Shown here piece after piece: positions 17,020-24,647 of a DNA stretch of 64,000 nucleotides. The stretch's first letter is position 1, and every line of letters starts with the position of its first letter. Source of the DNA: Chloroflexota bacterium (lineage in GTDB: Bacteria > Chloroflexota > Anaerolineae > UBA4142); NCBI GenBank assembly GCA_037440625.1, contig JBBITT010000001.1, positions 133,913-197,912 of the forward strand, in the 5' to 3' direction. Position numbers and translations under genes: made by a program. Below the pieces are notes generated by a model. The model did not search any database. It worked only from the letters and a program-made list of their open reading frames with translations, and had not been told where the DNA came from.

Positions 17020-18462
17020 TTATTCGGTGCGCGCTTCCCATTCAGCGCGAGGTATCTCTCCCAGCATACGCCATGGCGGAGCGAGCGGCAGCACGCCTAA
17101 TTCTTTGACGATGCGCCGTGCGGCAATCCCGACGATTGCCGCGTACGTGGGATACGCGATTTCCAATTCGGCCAATTGCTCCACCCAAATATCCGCCGCC
17201 ATTCCCGCCGCAATCAATTGCACAATTTCAACGGCTTGTTCACCGACGACGTGAGCACCTAGAATGCGATGCGTTTCGGTTGAGACGATGAGTTTGCAAA
17301 ACCCTTCGATGTGATCGTCAATCACCGCCCGATCCACATCGGCATAGGGCACCTCCGTGATGATACAGTCCGTTTGCGCACGGGCGCGTGCTTCAGTCAA
17401 GCCAACGCCGGCATATTCCGGATCCGTGAATCCGCCGTGGGGTACGAGCAAATGTTGGTACGGCAAACCCAGACCCAGCACCGCGTTCTCCGCCGCGATG
17501 CGTCCTTCGTAACTTGCGCTTTGGACTAGCATCATTCGTCCGGTGATGTCGCCCGCCGCAAAAATATTTTCCGCCGATGTTTGTTGATAATCGTTCACGG
17601 CGATGTAGCCGCGTTCGGTGGTTTGCACGTTCGCCGCGGCGAGATTCAAGTTTTCGATATTCCCCACCCAGCCGATGGCTTGGAGGACGCCTTCTGTTTT
17701 GAGCGTCGTGGTTTCGCCGTTATGTGCATACTCGACGTGAAATTCATTCCCGATTTTGTTGATGCGTTGCACGGTGACATTGGTCGTGATGGCGATTCCC
17801 CGCCGGTGAAACGCTTGCGTGATCGAGCGCGGAATCATTTCATCTTCTGTCCCAAGAATTTGCGGGTGTGCTTCGAGAATATGCACGGGCGCGCCGAATG
17901 CGGCGACGATAGAGGCAAGTTGACACCCCGTGGCTGCCCCACCAATGACGACAACCGAGCGCGGCAAATTTTTCATCGCCCAGACCTGGCTGTGGGTGAG
18001 CGCGTGTTCGCCGCCGGAAATTTTTAACTGGCGGGCATGCCCACCCGCGCAGATGATAAAGCGGTCCGCGTGGAAACGCGCGCCATCATCCAATTGAATC
18101 GTTTGCGTGTTGATGAATTGAACATTGCCGACACTTTCCAAGACACGAATCCCGGTGCGTTGAAAATGGCTGAGCAATTGTTTCTTTTCGTGTAAACGAT
18201 ACACCTTTTGTTGCGCGTTCGATAACGCGCGTGCGAAATCAATGGTCGGCGCGTCGGCATACAGACCATATTCGGCAAAATGATTCGCTTCGCGCGCTAG
18301 CCGTGCGGCTTTTGCCAGCACGCGCGTTGGCGCACAACCATCGTTCGTACAAGTCCCGCCCAACCGGCCGCGTTCGATGAGTGTGACATTCGCGCCGAGT
18401 TCACGCGCGCGCAATGCGGCAGTTACACCACCGGGTCCACCACCGATAACGATAACATCCAT
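17020..18462 (-). CDS. Pyridine nucleotide-disulfide oxidoreductase (class I, dihydrolipoyl-dehydrogenase-like, atypical)
   Basis: ATG at 18462 (GAGGA RBS). VIVIGGGPGG; redox-active GGTCTNDGC (CxxxxC). The C-terminal dimerisation region reads AYPTYAA where lipoamide dehydrogenases have HPTLSE. Confidence 0.8.
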   Translation of the reverse strand: MDVIVIGGGPGGVTAALRARELGANVTLIERGRLGGTCTNDGCAPTRVLAKAARLAREANHFAEYGLYADAPTIDFARALSNAQQKVYRLHEKKQLLSHFQRTGIRVLESVGNVQFINTQTIQLDDGARFHADRFIICAGGHARQLKISGGEHALTHSQVWAMKNLPRSVVVIGGAATGCQLASIVAAFGAPVHILEAHPQILGTEDEMIPRSITQAFHRRGIAITTNVTVQRINKIGNEFHVEYAHNGETTTLKTEGVLQAIGWVGNIENLNLAAANVQTTERGYIAVNDYQQTSAENIFAAGDITGRMMLVQSASYEGRIAAENAVLGLGLPYQHLLVPHGGFTDPEYAGVGLTEARARAQTDCIITEVPYADVDRAVIDDHIEGFCKLIVSTETHRILGAHVVGEQAVEIVQLIAAGMAADIWVEQLAELEIAYPTYAAIVGIAARRIVKELGVLPLAPPWRMLGEIPRAEWEARTE

Positions 18463-18519
18463 ACTCTTATCCTCGAATAAACCGGGAATCAAGGGAAATG
18501 AAGGAAGCGGCGGGTTCCC

Positions 18520-19707
18520 CTAGTTCCCTTGTTTCTTCAACCACAAACTCACCGTGGTCGGTTGCATCGTCTCGGTCACGACGCGCAACAATTCGCCCAC
18601 CAACTTTTCCAGTTCGACTTCATCGCGCGCGGTTGCCGCAAATCGTTCGAGGACTTGTTGCGCATCGTACTTGCGGCGATAGAAACGGTGGTCAATCGTA
18701 TCTTGCACGCGATGGCGCAGCGGATTGAACAATGCAGCAATCGCCCAAGTCGAAACGATGATTGCTAGATCATCGCCGGCGCCGGTGAGCGAACGGAAAA
18801 GTTGTTGCAGGACAATAACACTGCCGAAATAAAACAGCGCGAGCAAGGCGGTAATGATCGAATAGATCAGCGTGCGACGAATGAGAATATCAATCTCGAA
18901 CAGACGATAGCGTAGGATCGCGAGCGTGAACGCGAGTGGCTGGATGCTCAACGCAACCCACCAACCCACGCCGTTCAACACCGCCCACCACGGGATTTCA
19001 CTTGGCGGCAAGTTTTGCACGTAATAGTACGGGATGCTTACGAGCGTCAGCAAACCATATGATAGCGCAAAACCGTACACGACCCATTTGGTCTGTTGAC
19101 GTTCGAGCAAATCGTACACCCGGCGATAGCGGTAGAATTGAATGCCGAGCGCAAGGATCAACATGGCGGCGATAATGGCATACATGATTTGTGCCGCAAG
19201 CGAATTCACGCGAATGATTTCATCGGCATCGGGAATGACGACGAACGCCGACAACGCGACTAGTACGGTGAGCGGAACGAGCCAGCGGGTCCAACGCGGC
19301 GCAAATCGTCCGTTGGGAAAAACGAGAATCAGAATTAACGTGGGCAGTGGGAAGCTTGCCGCTTGGATGACCAGCGCGAGATTTTCTGCGGAAGCAAACC
19401 AGAACGGCAGGAACATTTCAAGGGGACCCGCCAGAAATACCCCATACATCAATAAATACCAGGCGAGGAACAATGCCATCGCATCATTCGGTTTTCTGAC
19501 AAACAACAGCCCTGCCAGCGCAAGGCACAGCACCGCGCAACCAACCGACACGGACACACCCAGCCACGTCGCAAATAGTTGAATGGCAGAGAATTCAGCG
19601 GTCAAGTTAATCTCATTCACATGCTTCCAATACCCAGGAAGCGAACCGAACAAGATCGCCAACGATGCGATGAAGGTCGTACGCCACAACCAACGCGCAA
19701 TCTTCAC
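18520..19707 (-). CDS. Sensor-like polytopic membrane protein, paralog copy 3
   Basis: GTG start abuts the cNMP-protein stop (TAAGTG), with AAGGTGG RBS. FPNGRFAPRWTRW, ERQQTKW, RYRLFEIDILIRRTLIYS, ETMQPTTVSLWLKK. Confidence 0.85.
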   Translation of the reverse strand: MKIARWLWRTTFIASLAILFGSLPGYWKHVNEINLTAEFSAIQLFATWLGVSVSVGCAVLCLALAGLLFVRKPNDAMALFLAWYLLMYGVFLAGPLEMFLPFWFASAENLALVIQAASFPLPTLILILVFPNGRFAPRWTRWLVPLTVLVALSAFVVIPDADEIIRVNSLAAQIMYAIIAAMLILALGIQFYRYRRVYDLLERQQTKWVVYGFALSYGLLTLVSIPYYYVQNLPPSEIPWWAVLNGVGWWVALSIQPLAFTLAILRYRLFEIDILIRRTLIYSIITALLALFYFGSVIVLQQLFRSLTGAGDDLAIIVSTWAIAALFNPLRHRVQDTIDHRFYRRKYDAQQVLERFAATARDEVELEKLVGELLRVVTETMQPTTVSLWLKKQGN

Positions 19708-20121
19708 TTATCCACCTTCGGCATTCGTCTCGCCTTTTTCCGTCAAGTGATCTAATTCTTGTTTGAGTAATGTCATCTCCTGACTCAGCTCGCGGATGCG
19801 GCGCGACATCAATTGAAACAAGCGATACGCGAGCGACGGGTCTTCGTGGATGCGGCGCATGAAATTTTTCTTGTCGATGGTTAAGGCGCGCACTTGGCTC
19901 AACGCGCGCGCCGTCGCGTGTTGCACTTCTTTCTCAAAGATCGCCATTTCGCCCAGAAACTCGCCCGCGCTCCGCACGCCGAGAAACGTCTCTTGTCCAT
20001 TTTGCTCGCGCACGAGCGCAATCTGTCCTTCTTGAATGACGAACATACACTCGCCCACCTCGCCTTGACGAATCAAGATGTCACCCGGCTGGTACAATTT
20101 GCCCAACGTGTTTTGTTCCAT
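19708..20121 (-). CDS. Stand-alone cyclic-nucleotide-binding domain protein (no HTH)
   Basis: ATG at 20121 with GGAGGAG RBS. GDILIRQGEVGECMFVIQEG...GEFLGEMAIF...ATARA is the CNB beta-barrel. Only a ~35-aa helix follows it. Confidence 0.8.
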   Translation of the reverse strand: MEQNTLGKLYQPGDILIRQGEVGECMFVIQEGQIALVREQNGQETFLGVRSAGEFLGEMAIFEKEVQHATARALSQVRALTIDKKNFMRRIHEDPSLAYRLFQLMSRRIRELSQEMTLLKQELDHLTEKGETNAEGG

Positions 20122-20175
20122 CGACTCCTCCACTGCGTAACGGTAGCCTGCGATGGGCAATCACACTGGATTGCC

Positions 20176-21543
20176 CTACACGTTCTCATGCTTGCTGGTC
20201 CACGTGCCGACCTGTTCGCGCGGATGGATGAGCGCGACAAATAAATCCCAGATCAGACGCACGATGAACAAGGGATGCAACATCCGCACAAAAATTTCCT
20301 TGTACGGTGCGCTCCCTGTGAACATATCCCACATCACCATACTCATTCGCTTGGGGCGCTCGGTTTTCTTTTGCTCGTACGCGGTCATTCGCACCAGCGC
20401 GCGGCGCGCAAATGCCCATTGCTGAAGAATGCTCGTCACGAAGAAAATAAATTTGCCGATCAAGTTATCGTTTTCGATCCGCCGACACGCGGGCGCATAG
20501 TAACGCTGAAAATCTTCTTTGGCAATGCCCTCGAAAATTGCGGTGGTCGCGGCGGCTTTGGCGGCGCGATACGCCGCGCCGATGCCGTCTTTGTACAAGC
20601 GGGTCACGCCGCAATCGCCGATGAACACGATGCGGTCGCCGAACGGTTGCGTCGCGCCATCGACGGTCATCCGCGGCTGGCACTGGCACGGCGGTGAATC
20701 GAGTGCGACGCCCGGCGGCATCAAGTTGGCGAACGTTGGGCTGTGCACAAATGCTTTGACGAGATCGTTATCAATTTCGTGACCCAGCATCGCGAGCGTC
20801 ACATAATCGCCTTTCGGGACAAGCATCGCAAATTCCAGACGCGGCAAGTTGAGTAGAAAGACGTGCATCGAACTGCCGAGATATTTCGCGATCGTTTCCT
20901 CGCCGAGTTTATATTCGCGGATGAACGTTTTAGTCGTGCGCGGCGGTTTGTATTCGATGCCTAGTTTCTCGATCAATTTGAGTGCGGCGGTGTTCACGCC
21001 GGTCGTCACCGCAATCAAATCGTACATTTGCGTGTTGCCTTTTGCTGTGACAGCGAGCCGGTCTTCTTGCCGTTCGATGTTTTCGACGCGCGCGCGAATC
21101 ATCTGCGCGCCTTTGTCCATCGCCAGTTTCTGCAAATGCCCGTCGAAACTTTCCCAGCGAAATTCTTTGAGATCGCGCGGACCCGGACCGCGAAAGACCG
21201 ACGCGATTCTTTTTTCGCGCAACGGCGTGTCAATGCGAACCGAGCCGGTGTCGGTGTGAAGCACGTACGAATCAACGCCGCGCTGAACGACGTTCGTCGG
21301 CAGGATGATGCCCTCGGTCGAAAGATTTTGCACGAGCGATTCGGAAATCACGCCGCCGCACATATTGCAACCGGGCGGACCGGGAATTGTGAAATCGCGC
21401 GGCTCGTAAACATTGACGTGAAGGTCCAAGCCAACGCGCTCCGCCATATCGAGCAAAAAGTAGGTGAAGAAGGAACCGGCAGGACCGCACCCCATCACCG
21501 CCACGTGCGAGCCGTCGGTTAGTTTGAAATTTTCGTTGGTCAT
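20176..21543 (-). CDS. FAD-dependent oxidoreductase (geranylgeranyl-reductase-like fold) with hydrophobic C-terminal extension
   Basis: VAVMGCGPAGS dinucleotide motif, CNMCGGVIS and FIGDCGVTRLYKDGIG. GGAGG RBS at 21548-21552. Confidence 0.7.
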   Translation of the reverse strand: MTNENFKLTDGSHVAVMGCGPAGSFFTYFLLDMAERVGLDLHVNVYEPRDFTIPGPPGCNMCGGVISESLVQNLSTEGIILPTNVVQRGVDSYVLHTDTGSVRIDTPLREKRIASVFRGPGPRDLKEFRWESFDGHLQKLAMDKGAQMIRARVENIERQEDRLAVTAKGNTQMYDLIAVTTGVNTAALKLIEKLGIEYKPPRTTKTFIREYKLGEETIAKYLGSSMHVFLLNLPRLEFAMLVPKGDYVTLAMLGHEIDNDLVKAFVHSPTFANLMPPGVALDSPPCQCQPRMTVDGATQPFGDRIVFIGDCGVTRLYKDGIGAAYRAAKAAATTAIFEGIAKEDFQRYYAPACRRIENDNLIGKFIFFVTSILQQWAFARRALVRMTAYEQKKTERPKRMSMVMWDMFTGSAPYKEIFVRMLHPLFIVRLIWDLFVALIHPREQVGTWTSKHENV

Positions 21544-21553
21544 TGTTCCTCCG

Positions 21554-21630
21554 AGTGCAATAGTTCGATAGTGTGTTAGTGCGATAATTGAAAACTCGCA
21601 CGTCTAACTATCGAACTATTGCACTATTTA
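21554..21630 (-). repeat. ATAGT/ACTAT octamer palindromic element straddling the stop codon of paralog 4
   Basis: Perfect 19-bp inverted repeat 21554-21572 / 21607-21625 with an inner 6-bp stem GTGCGA/TCGCAC. The downstream arm ends 2 nt from the RBS of the next gene. Confidence 0.65.
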
Positions 21631-22886
21631 ACTTTCTTGAGCCACAAATTCACGCTCGTCGGTTGCATCGTCTCGCTCACCACGTTCAGTAACTCGCCGG
21701 TCAACTTTTCCAACTCGACTTCATCGCGCGCAGTGATCGCAAATCGTTCCAACACTTTTTGCGCGTCGTACTTGCGGCGATAAAAGCGATGGTCAATGGC
21801 ATCTTGCACGCGATGGCGCAGCGGATTGAACAACGCGGCAATCGCCAAAGTCGAAACAATGATTGCTAGATCATCGCCTGCCCCCGTAAGCGCGCGCAAG
21901 AATTGTTGCAAGATGACGACTGCGCCAATGTAAAACAGCGCAAGCAACGCCGTCAGAATCGAATAGATCAACGTGCGGCGAATGAGGATGTCGATATCCC
22001 AGAGGCGATAGCGCAAAATCGCTATAGCGATTCCGAGCGCAAGCGCGAGATAACTTGCCAAGCCAGTCGGAAAAACCACTAGAAGCATGAACGCGAGTCG
22101 CTCGGGGGACGGTTGTGACGGAGCGTAGATCGTAGAGGTGAAGGTGAACGGTACGAGTCCAAGAATTGGCGCCAAGAGACTTCCCATCAGCCATTTGGTT
22201 TGCTGTCGCTCGATCGCATTCGAAATCCGCGCATACCGATAGATGATGGAGTAAATCGCCGCGCAAAACCAAACCGCGCCCCCCACCAAAATTCCGAACG
22301 AAGCCATCGGATTCTCTTTCTCACCCAAAGTGGTGATAATCATTTGCGGGACAAGCGAAATGACAAGGATCGGAACAAATATCCACCGCGTCCAGCGCGG
22401 CTCAAAGCGGCCGGTCGGAAAAACAAACGGCAAAAGATAGTAACCGATTGCGGCAATGGGATACAGTGCATACACAATAATTTGAAATACGCCGAGATTT
22501 TGCACCCCTTCTACCGCAAACGAAACCAGTGTCAGGGACAAGAGCCACGCGAGCCAATCATCGGAACGGCGCCAGAAAATAATCAAACCGATAACGATAA
22601 ACGCTCCATACGTTAGGATACTTCTCCCAAAGTACATCATCCGAATCAGCGCTTCTGACATCCCCATTTTTTGCGCGATCCCCACGTCTTCTTGACTGAG
22701 ACTCCAGGGTCCGCAAGCGGCTTCAAGAGTCGTACAGTGTGGCAAGGGCTCGCCCAACGCGATGCCCATACTCGCGATGAACGCCGTGATCGCCACGCCG
22801 GCGCACACAAACCACGCCGCGCGTGCGATACTAAGCCAGGGCTGATGCAAAGTTGTGTTGGATTGACTCACCTTACATCGCTCCAT
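21624..22886 (-). CDS. Sensor-like polytopic membrane protein, paralog copy 4
   Basis: ATG at 22886 overlaps the methyltransferase 3' end by 14 nt (alternative GTG at 22871). IFWRRSDD, FPTGRFEPRWTRW, ERQQTKW, RYRLWDIDILIRRTLIYS, ETMQPTSVNLWLKK. Confidence 0.85.
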   Translation of the reverse strand: MERCKVSQSNTTLHQPWLSIARAAWFVCAGVAITAFIASMGIALGEPLPHCTTLEAACGPWSLSQEDVGIAQKMGMSEALIRMMYFGRSILTYGAFIVIGLIIFWRRSDDWLAWLLSLTLVSFAVEGVQNLGVFQIIVYALYPIAAIGYYLLPFVFPTGRFEPRWTRWIFVPILVISLVPQMIITTLGEKENPMASFGILVGGAVWFCAAIYSIIYRYARISNAIERQQTKWLMGSLLAPILGLVPFTFTSTIYAPSQPSPERLAFMLLVVFPTGLASYLALALGIAIAILRYRLWDIDILIRRTLIYSILTALLALFYIGAVVILQQFLRALTGAGDDLAIIVSTLAIAALFNPLRHRVQDAIDHRFYRRKYDAQKVLERFAITARDEVELEKLTGELLNVVSETMQPTSVNLWLKKVK

Positions 22887-23478
22887 TTTCGCGCGTCATC
22901 AAATACGCCGCTTCGCCGCGGAGCCAGCCACTCGCGTTCTGCCGCGCCATCACTTGCTCAATCGAAAAGAAATCGCCGAACCGGCGTTGCGCTTCACCCG
23001 GCTCTAGTGCCATTCGTTCGTGAATGCCGAACGCGCGCTCCCACCAACGCGGCGTCCACTCGAAACAATAGAGTAAGAACTGACTGCCCGGGTGCGTCAG
23101 TGGCAAAATATTTTTCACGTACAGATCGCGGTCTCGGTTCGGCAAATCGTCCAGCACGCCGTAATCAATGAGCAGATCGAACGTGCCGCTAACGTAGCGC
23201 AAATTCGTGAGATCGTCTACAACAAAAGTCGCGTTGACACCGGCGTCGTGCGCGCGTTTACGTCCCAAGGCGATTGCCGCTTGCGCGAAATCAACGCCGG
23301 TCACATCGAACCCACGTTGCGCGAGAAAGAGGGCGTTGCTTGCCGTGCCGCTTCCCAAGTCAATCGCGCGGCACGGTTTCAGGCGTCCGCTTTCGACGAG
23401 TTGCACAAGTTCCGCGCGCGGTCCAATATCCCACGGCGCGCGGAATCGGCTGTACAAAATTTCGTAGAACCATTTCAT
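22873..23478 (-). CDS. Class I SAM-dependent methyltransferase
   Basis: ATG at 23478 with GGAGG RBS. Motif I AIDLGSGTASNA, then DVTGVDF. Confidence 0.75.
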   Translation of the reverse strand: MKWFYEILYSRFRAPWDIGPRAELVQLVESGRLKPCRAIDLGSGTASNALFLAQRGFDVTGVDFAQAAIALGRKRAHDAGVNATFVVDDLTNLRYVSGTFDLLIDYGVLDDLPNRDRDLYVKNILPLTHPGSQFLLYCFEWTPRWWERAFGIHERMALEPGEAQRRFGDFFSIEQVMARQNASGWLRGEAAYLMTRENGAM

Positions 23479-23527
23479 CACGCACCTCCCAGAGACCAGG
23501 TTTCTTGAGGACACCCCGTCTTGAGAC

Positions 23528-23965
23528 TTACTGGTCGGCTTCCAATAACTCTTTGAGTTTCTGGTAATCAGACTCGAATTGTTTCTTGGATTGGCTGACC
23601 ACCATTCCTTCTGCCAATTTGAAAAACCCGCCCAATTCGGCGATCGTGGTTACTTTGACGGTCGTCGAACCACCGATGGATTCAAGTGTGGTGGTTTCTT
23701 CCATTGGGAAGGGACCCTTGAGCGACTTCCAGGCGTACCGCTTGGGTGGATCGTACTCGGTCACCTCGCCTTCGCTTTCGATCTTTTGTCCCAGAAACGT
23801 CGAAACAAACCGGTACTGACTGCCGACGCCCATCGGCGCGGGGGTGAGGATTTTGGATTCGATGACGCCGGTCATCCAACTCTTGTACGAATCGAAATTC
23901 GTCAGCGCCTTGAAGACATCGGCAGCAGGACGATGGATGGTAATACTAAATTCGAACGTTGCCAT
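23528..23965 (-). CDS. SRPBCC family ligand-binding protein
   Basis: 145 aa. FEFSITIHRPAADVFKALTNFDSYKSWM is the typical SRPBCC N-terminus. Confidence 0.7.
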   Translation of the reverse strand: MATFEFSITIHRPAADVFKALTNFDSYKSWMTGVIESKILTPAPMGVGSQYRFVSTFLGQKIESEGEVTEYDPPKRYAWKSLKGPFPMEETTTLESIGGSTTVKVTTIAELGGFFKLAEGMVVSQSKKQFESDYQKLKELLEADQ

Positions 23966-23986
23966 TTGAAATCTCCTTGTGGTTCA

Positions 23987-24017
23987 GACCTAAAGGTTTT
24001 CAGAAACCTTTAGGGTC
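23987..24017 (-). other. Intercistronic hairpin (11-bp stem)
   Basis: CCTAAAGGTTT/AAACCTTTAGG with a 4-nt loop, between the stop at 24027 and the start at 23965. No U-tract. Confidence 0.4.
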
Positions 24018-24026
24018 TTGGTATTC

Positions 24027-24530
24027 TTAGAACGGTTTGAACATCATCAGCCACGCGACGATGGCAATGCCGCCCAAGCCGATGGTCGTAAGCAAATGCG
24101 GATTGCTTTGCCCTAGCAACGCATCAATTTCTTGGGGGCTTGCCGGCGCAACTGCCGGTTGCTGTTTGCCGCGTTCAAAGTACGGCAACCCCAATGCTTT
24201 GCGCAACCTCCCCAGTTTGTTCGAGCCAAGCAGTGTCATTGCCACGATGATCGCGATCAGCAAGAGAAGCGATCCCCAAATCCACCCGCGTCCCCACCAA
24301 TCGCCCAGAATACCGGTGACGATGCCGGTCACAAGCAGCACGAGCAACGACAAGTACATTACGGGGTAAGAACCGGCAGACAAGGTCAAGAGCGTACGTA
24401 CGCGTTCGTGATCGCGTTCCTGCCGCAACGCGAAGGCCACGCTTGCCGATGCCCCGTGCGCAAGCAAGAAACCAAACACGCCGAGAATGTGTAGTAGCGC
24501 GAGCCATTGATACATCAGTTCAATCTCCAT
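24027..24530 (-). CDS. Integral membrane protein (DUF2269/CopD-like, weak)
   Basis: 4 TM helices, with LLHILGVFGFLLAHG in the first helix. Confidence 0.5.
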   Translation of the reverse strand: MEIELMYQWLALLHILGVFGFLLAHGASASVAFALRQERDHERVRTLLTLSAGSYPVMYLSLLVLLVTGIVTGILGDWWGRGWIWGSLLLLIAIIVAMTLLGSNKLGRLRKALGLPYFERGKQQPAVAPASPQEIDALLGQSNPHLLTTIGLGGIAIVAWLMMFKPF

Positions 24531-24572
24531 TCAGACCCCGAAGGTCTGGGTAACTCGTGTCACGCGGTCAAC

Positions 24573-24647
24573 ATTTTGTTTACCACAGAGATCACAGAAT
24601 TCACCGAGAGTTCTATGTTCTCCGTGGGCTCTGTGGTAAATTTTGTT
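24573..24647. mobile_element. MITE-like 59-bp element with terminal inverted repeats and an 8-bp flanking direct repeat
   Basis: TACCACAGAG (24581-90) / CTCTGTGGTA (24629-38), flanked by ATTTTGTT at 24573-80 and 24640-47. Intergenic, with no coding capacity. Confidence 0.45.

Noticed and set aside
20137-20143. Single CGTAACG heptamer between the FAD-oxidoreductase and cNMP genes
   Set aside because: It is an isolated copy without 11-12-nt partner repeats, and it sits next to an ordinary 8-bp hairpin (20154-20175).
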